From an uncultured Gemmatimonadales bacterium (lineage in GTDB: Bacteria > Gemmatimonadota > Gemmatimonadetes > Longimicrobiales > RSA9): a stretch of DNA of 64,000 bases. Both the position numbers and the translations under genes were made by a program. This document shows, in pieces, positions 61,604 through 64,000 of this stretch; within the stretch, counting starts at the first letter, position 1; each line of letters begins with the position of its first letter. The notes under the pieces were generated by a model, which was not told the DNA's origin, searched no databases, and worked only from the letters and a program-made list of their open reading frames with translations. The stretch covers positions 480,001 to 544,000 of the forward strand of contig CAWCRS010000007.1 in the NCBI GenBank assembly GCA_963798085.1, written 5' to 3'.

Positions 61604-64000
61604 ATGGTGAGCCTCCTTCCTCCCGGCGCGCCAGCTGCCGCGGCGACGCAGAGTGTCGCTGTGATTCTCGGACACGGTTCCGAAGAAGCCTTCGATCGAC
61701 TGACGCGACTCGCGACGCTCGCGCTGCGCGTTCCGCTCGCGGTCGTCTCGCTCATCACCGATGGACGTCTGCTGCTGAAGAGTCAGGTCGGCATGCCCGA
61801 GCCATGGGCCACCGACCGGGATGTGCCGCTGCCCCACGCGATTTTCCGTCATGCCGTCGCTACCAGCAAACCATTCGTGGTGGAGGACACGGCGCGTCAT
61901 CCGCTCACGCGCGACATGCTGCTGGGAGAGGAGTGGGCGCACGCAGCCTACTGCGGGATTCCGCTGATGCAGGAGGGCCGCCGCGCTGTCGGCGTCCTCT
62001 CGGTAATGGATCGCAAGCCTCGCACGTGGACGCCGCGCGAGATCAGCTTCCTCCAGGATCTCGCCGCATCCGCCGCCGAAGCGGTACAGGAGCGCATGCG
62101 TCCGTCCTTGCCGATCGAGCCGGAAACGGTGGAAGTCACCACCAGCGTGACCGACGCGATTGTCGGCCTCGACAGCGAATGGCGAGTGACGGCTGTGAAC
62201 GCGCGCGCCGAAGACATCCTCGGACGCGCTGCCGGCTCCATCATTGGACTGCCCCTGCTCGAGGTTTTCCCCAGCCTGGATGGGAGCATCTTCCAGCAGG
62301 AATGGCGCCGGGCACTCGCGCAACAGGCCACCATCGAGCTGGAGGCCCACTGCGACACACTGGGCCGCTGGCTGGAAACACGCGCCTGGCCCGCGCAGGG
62401 CGGCCTCGCGATTCAGCTGCGCGACGTGTCCGCGCGCCGCAATGCCGAGGACGCACTGCGTCAGAGCGAGGCGAGGTATCGCAGCGTCTTCCAGGAAGCA
62501 CGCGATCCGATGTTCTTTACCTCACCAGACGGCACCATCATCGAATGCAATCGCTCCGCGATCGAGCTGCTCGGGCACACCCGTGACGATCTGTTCCGCC
62601 AGCGCTTCGAGGATCTGGTCGCTGATTCTGCGGCACGCGAAGAACTCGAGAAGGAGCTGAAGTCGAAGGGCGAAGTCGCGGATTTCGAAGCGCAGCTGCG
62701 TACCAGCACGGGCGGCCGGCTGGACACACTGATCTCGATATCGTCGCGCCAGAGCTCGAACCAAGAGCCGGCCGGTTTCCGCGTTTCCGTGCGCGACAAC
62801 ACCGAACGCAAACAGCTGGCGCGCCAGCTGCTGCAGAACGCCTTCCACGACCCGCTGACCGGCCTGGCCAACCGCGCGGTGTTCCTGGACCGCCTCGATC
62901 GGCTCTATATGCAGGCGCAGCGCCGGGCCGGCTATCGCTTCGCCGTGCTGTTCATCGATCTCGACCGCTTCAAGATGGTGAACGACACGTTCGGTCACAT
63001 TGCCGGCGATGAGCTGCTCACCACCGTGGCCCGCCGGCTCGAGGGATGCCTGCGGCAGGAAGACAGCGTGTCGCGCTTCGGCGGCGACGAGTTCGGCATC
63101 CTGCTGGACGGCGTACAGGATGTGCGCGACACGACGCGCATCGCGGAACGCATCAACAACGAGCTGGGCATGCCCATGCGTCTCGGCCCGCGCGAAGTCG
63201 CGTGCTCCGCCAGTATCGGCATTGCCATCAGCAGTGAAGGCCACGAGCGGGCCGAGCAGGTGTTGAGCGACGCCGACGCCGCAATGTACCGGGCGAAATC
63301 CAGCGGCGGCGCCCGTTATGAAGTGTTCGACACCGAGATGCACGTGCGCGCGCTGGCGCAGCTCCGGCTGGAGTCCGATCTGCACCGGGCCGTGCGTGAA
63401 GGCGAATTCCTCGTACACTATCAGCCTGTCATATCGGTGGACGCCGGATTCATTGCCGGCTTCGAAGCGCTGCTGCGCTGGCGCCACCCGGAACGCGGCC
63501 TGCTGCACCCTTCCGAGTTCGTCGCCATCGCGGAACAGACGGGCCTGGTGAGCGACATGGGCTGGTTCGTGCTGGAGCGCGTCGCCGAACAGATCAACGA
63601 GTGGAAGGACGTCGCGCGTCCCGCCCATGCTGCAGCTGGGCGTGGGCCTCAACCTCTCGCCCCGCCAGTTCCGCCATCCGGATCTCATGCGCCACATCGA
63701 TCAGGCGCTGCAGGACGGGACGCTCGAAGGACGCTACCTGCGCATCGAAGTGACCGAAGACACGCTGATGGAGGATGCCGACTTCGCCTTCGATGTGCTG
63801 GCACGCCTGCAGGAGCGTGGCGTGGGCGTGAGCATCGACAATTTCGGCACCGGCTTCTCCTCACTGCGCTACCTGCAGCGGTTGCCCATCGCCGCACTCA
63901 AGATCGACCGCACCTTCCTGCGCGCGCTGGATCGTGATCCCTACAACCGCGGTGTGGTCGAGAGCATCGTGGCACTGGGCCGGTGCATGGGCATCGACGT
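61604..64000 (+). CDS. GAF-PAS-PAS-GGDEF-EAL c-di-GMP enzyme; frameshift at ~63625; runs off window end
   Basis: HDPLTGLANR, DLDRFK..NDTFGH..GD, RQED..RFGGDEF, HYQP and FEALLRW. After a one-base shift: NLSPRQF..IEVTE..IDNFGTGFSSL.YL..LKIDR. Confidence 0.92.

Overview
GC-rich bacterial window. The gene content (five duplicated MacB-type 'ADOP' permeases with PadR, many CarboxypepD_reg/plug-like secreted proteins, DUF4097-ECF operon) suggests a Gemmatimonadota- or Acidobacteriota-like diderm, which is an inference only. The best candidate for an undescribed system is a five-gene, tightly coupled operon at 3399-11197 that reads as a complete trans-envelope electron conduit. It encodes a His-rich heme-b-type membrane protein, a 19-heme and a 27(+1 hidden)-heme exported cytochrome c built from tri-heme modules, a predicted outer-membrane beta-barrel, and a membrane-anchored Fe-S/FAD/NAD(P)H oxidoreductase with permuted domain order and non-canonical cluster ligands. 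Two copies of an ~85-bp palindrome bracket this operon. The rest of the window holds Hsp20, an M91-like peptidase, rtcB, an M50 peptidase, barrel-less plug-domain proteins, a decayed TonB receptor/phosphodiesterase deletion scar, thrC-thrB-bcp-lspA, pncA, ispG, a TolC-MFP-ATPase-5x permease exporter cluster with two matching IHF + sigma54-like promoters and an NtrC-type two-component system, an ECF sigma operon, a His-less pseudokinase and a GAF-PAS-GGDEF-EAL protein running off the end. Several single-base frameshifts may be sequencing errors. I saw no rRNA, tRNA, CRISPR array, integrase or transposase. All family calls come from motif recognition by eye, not database searches.
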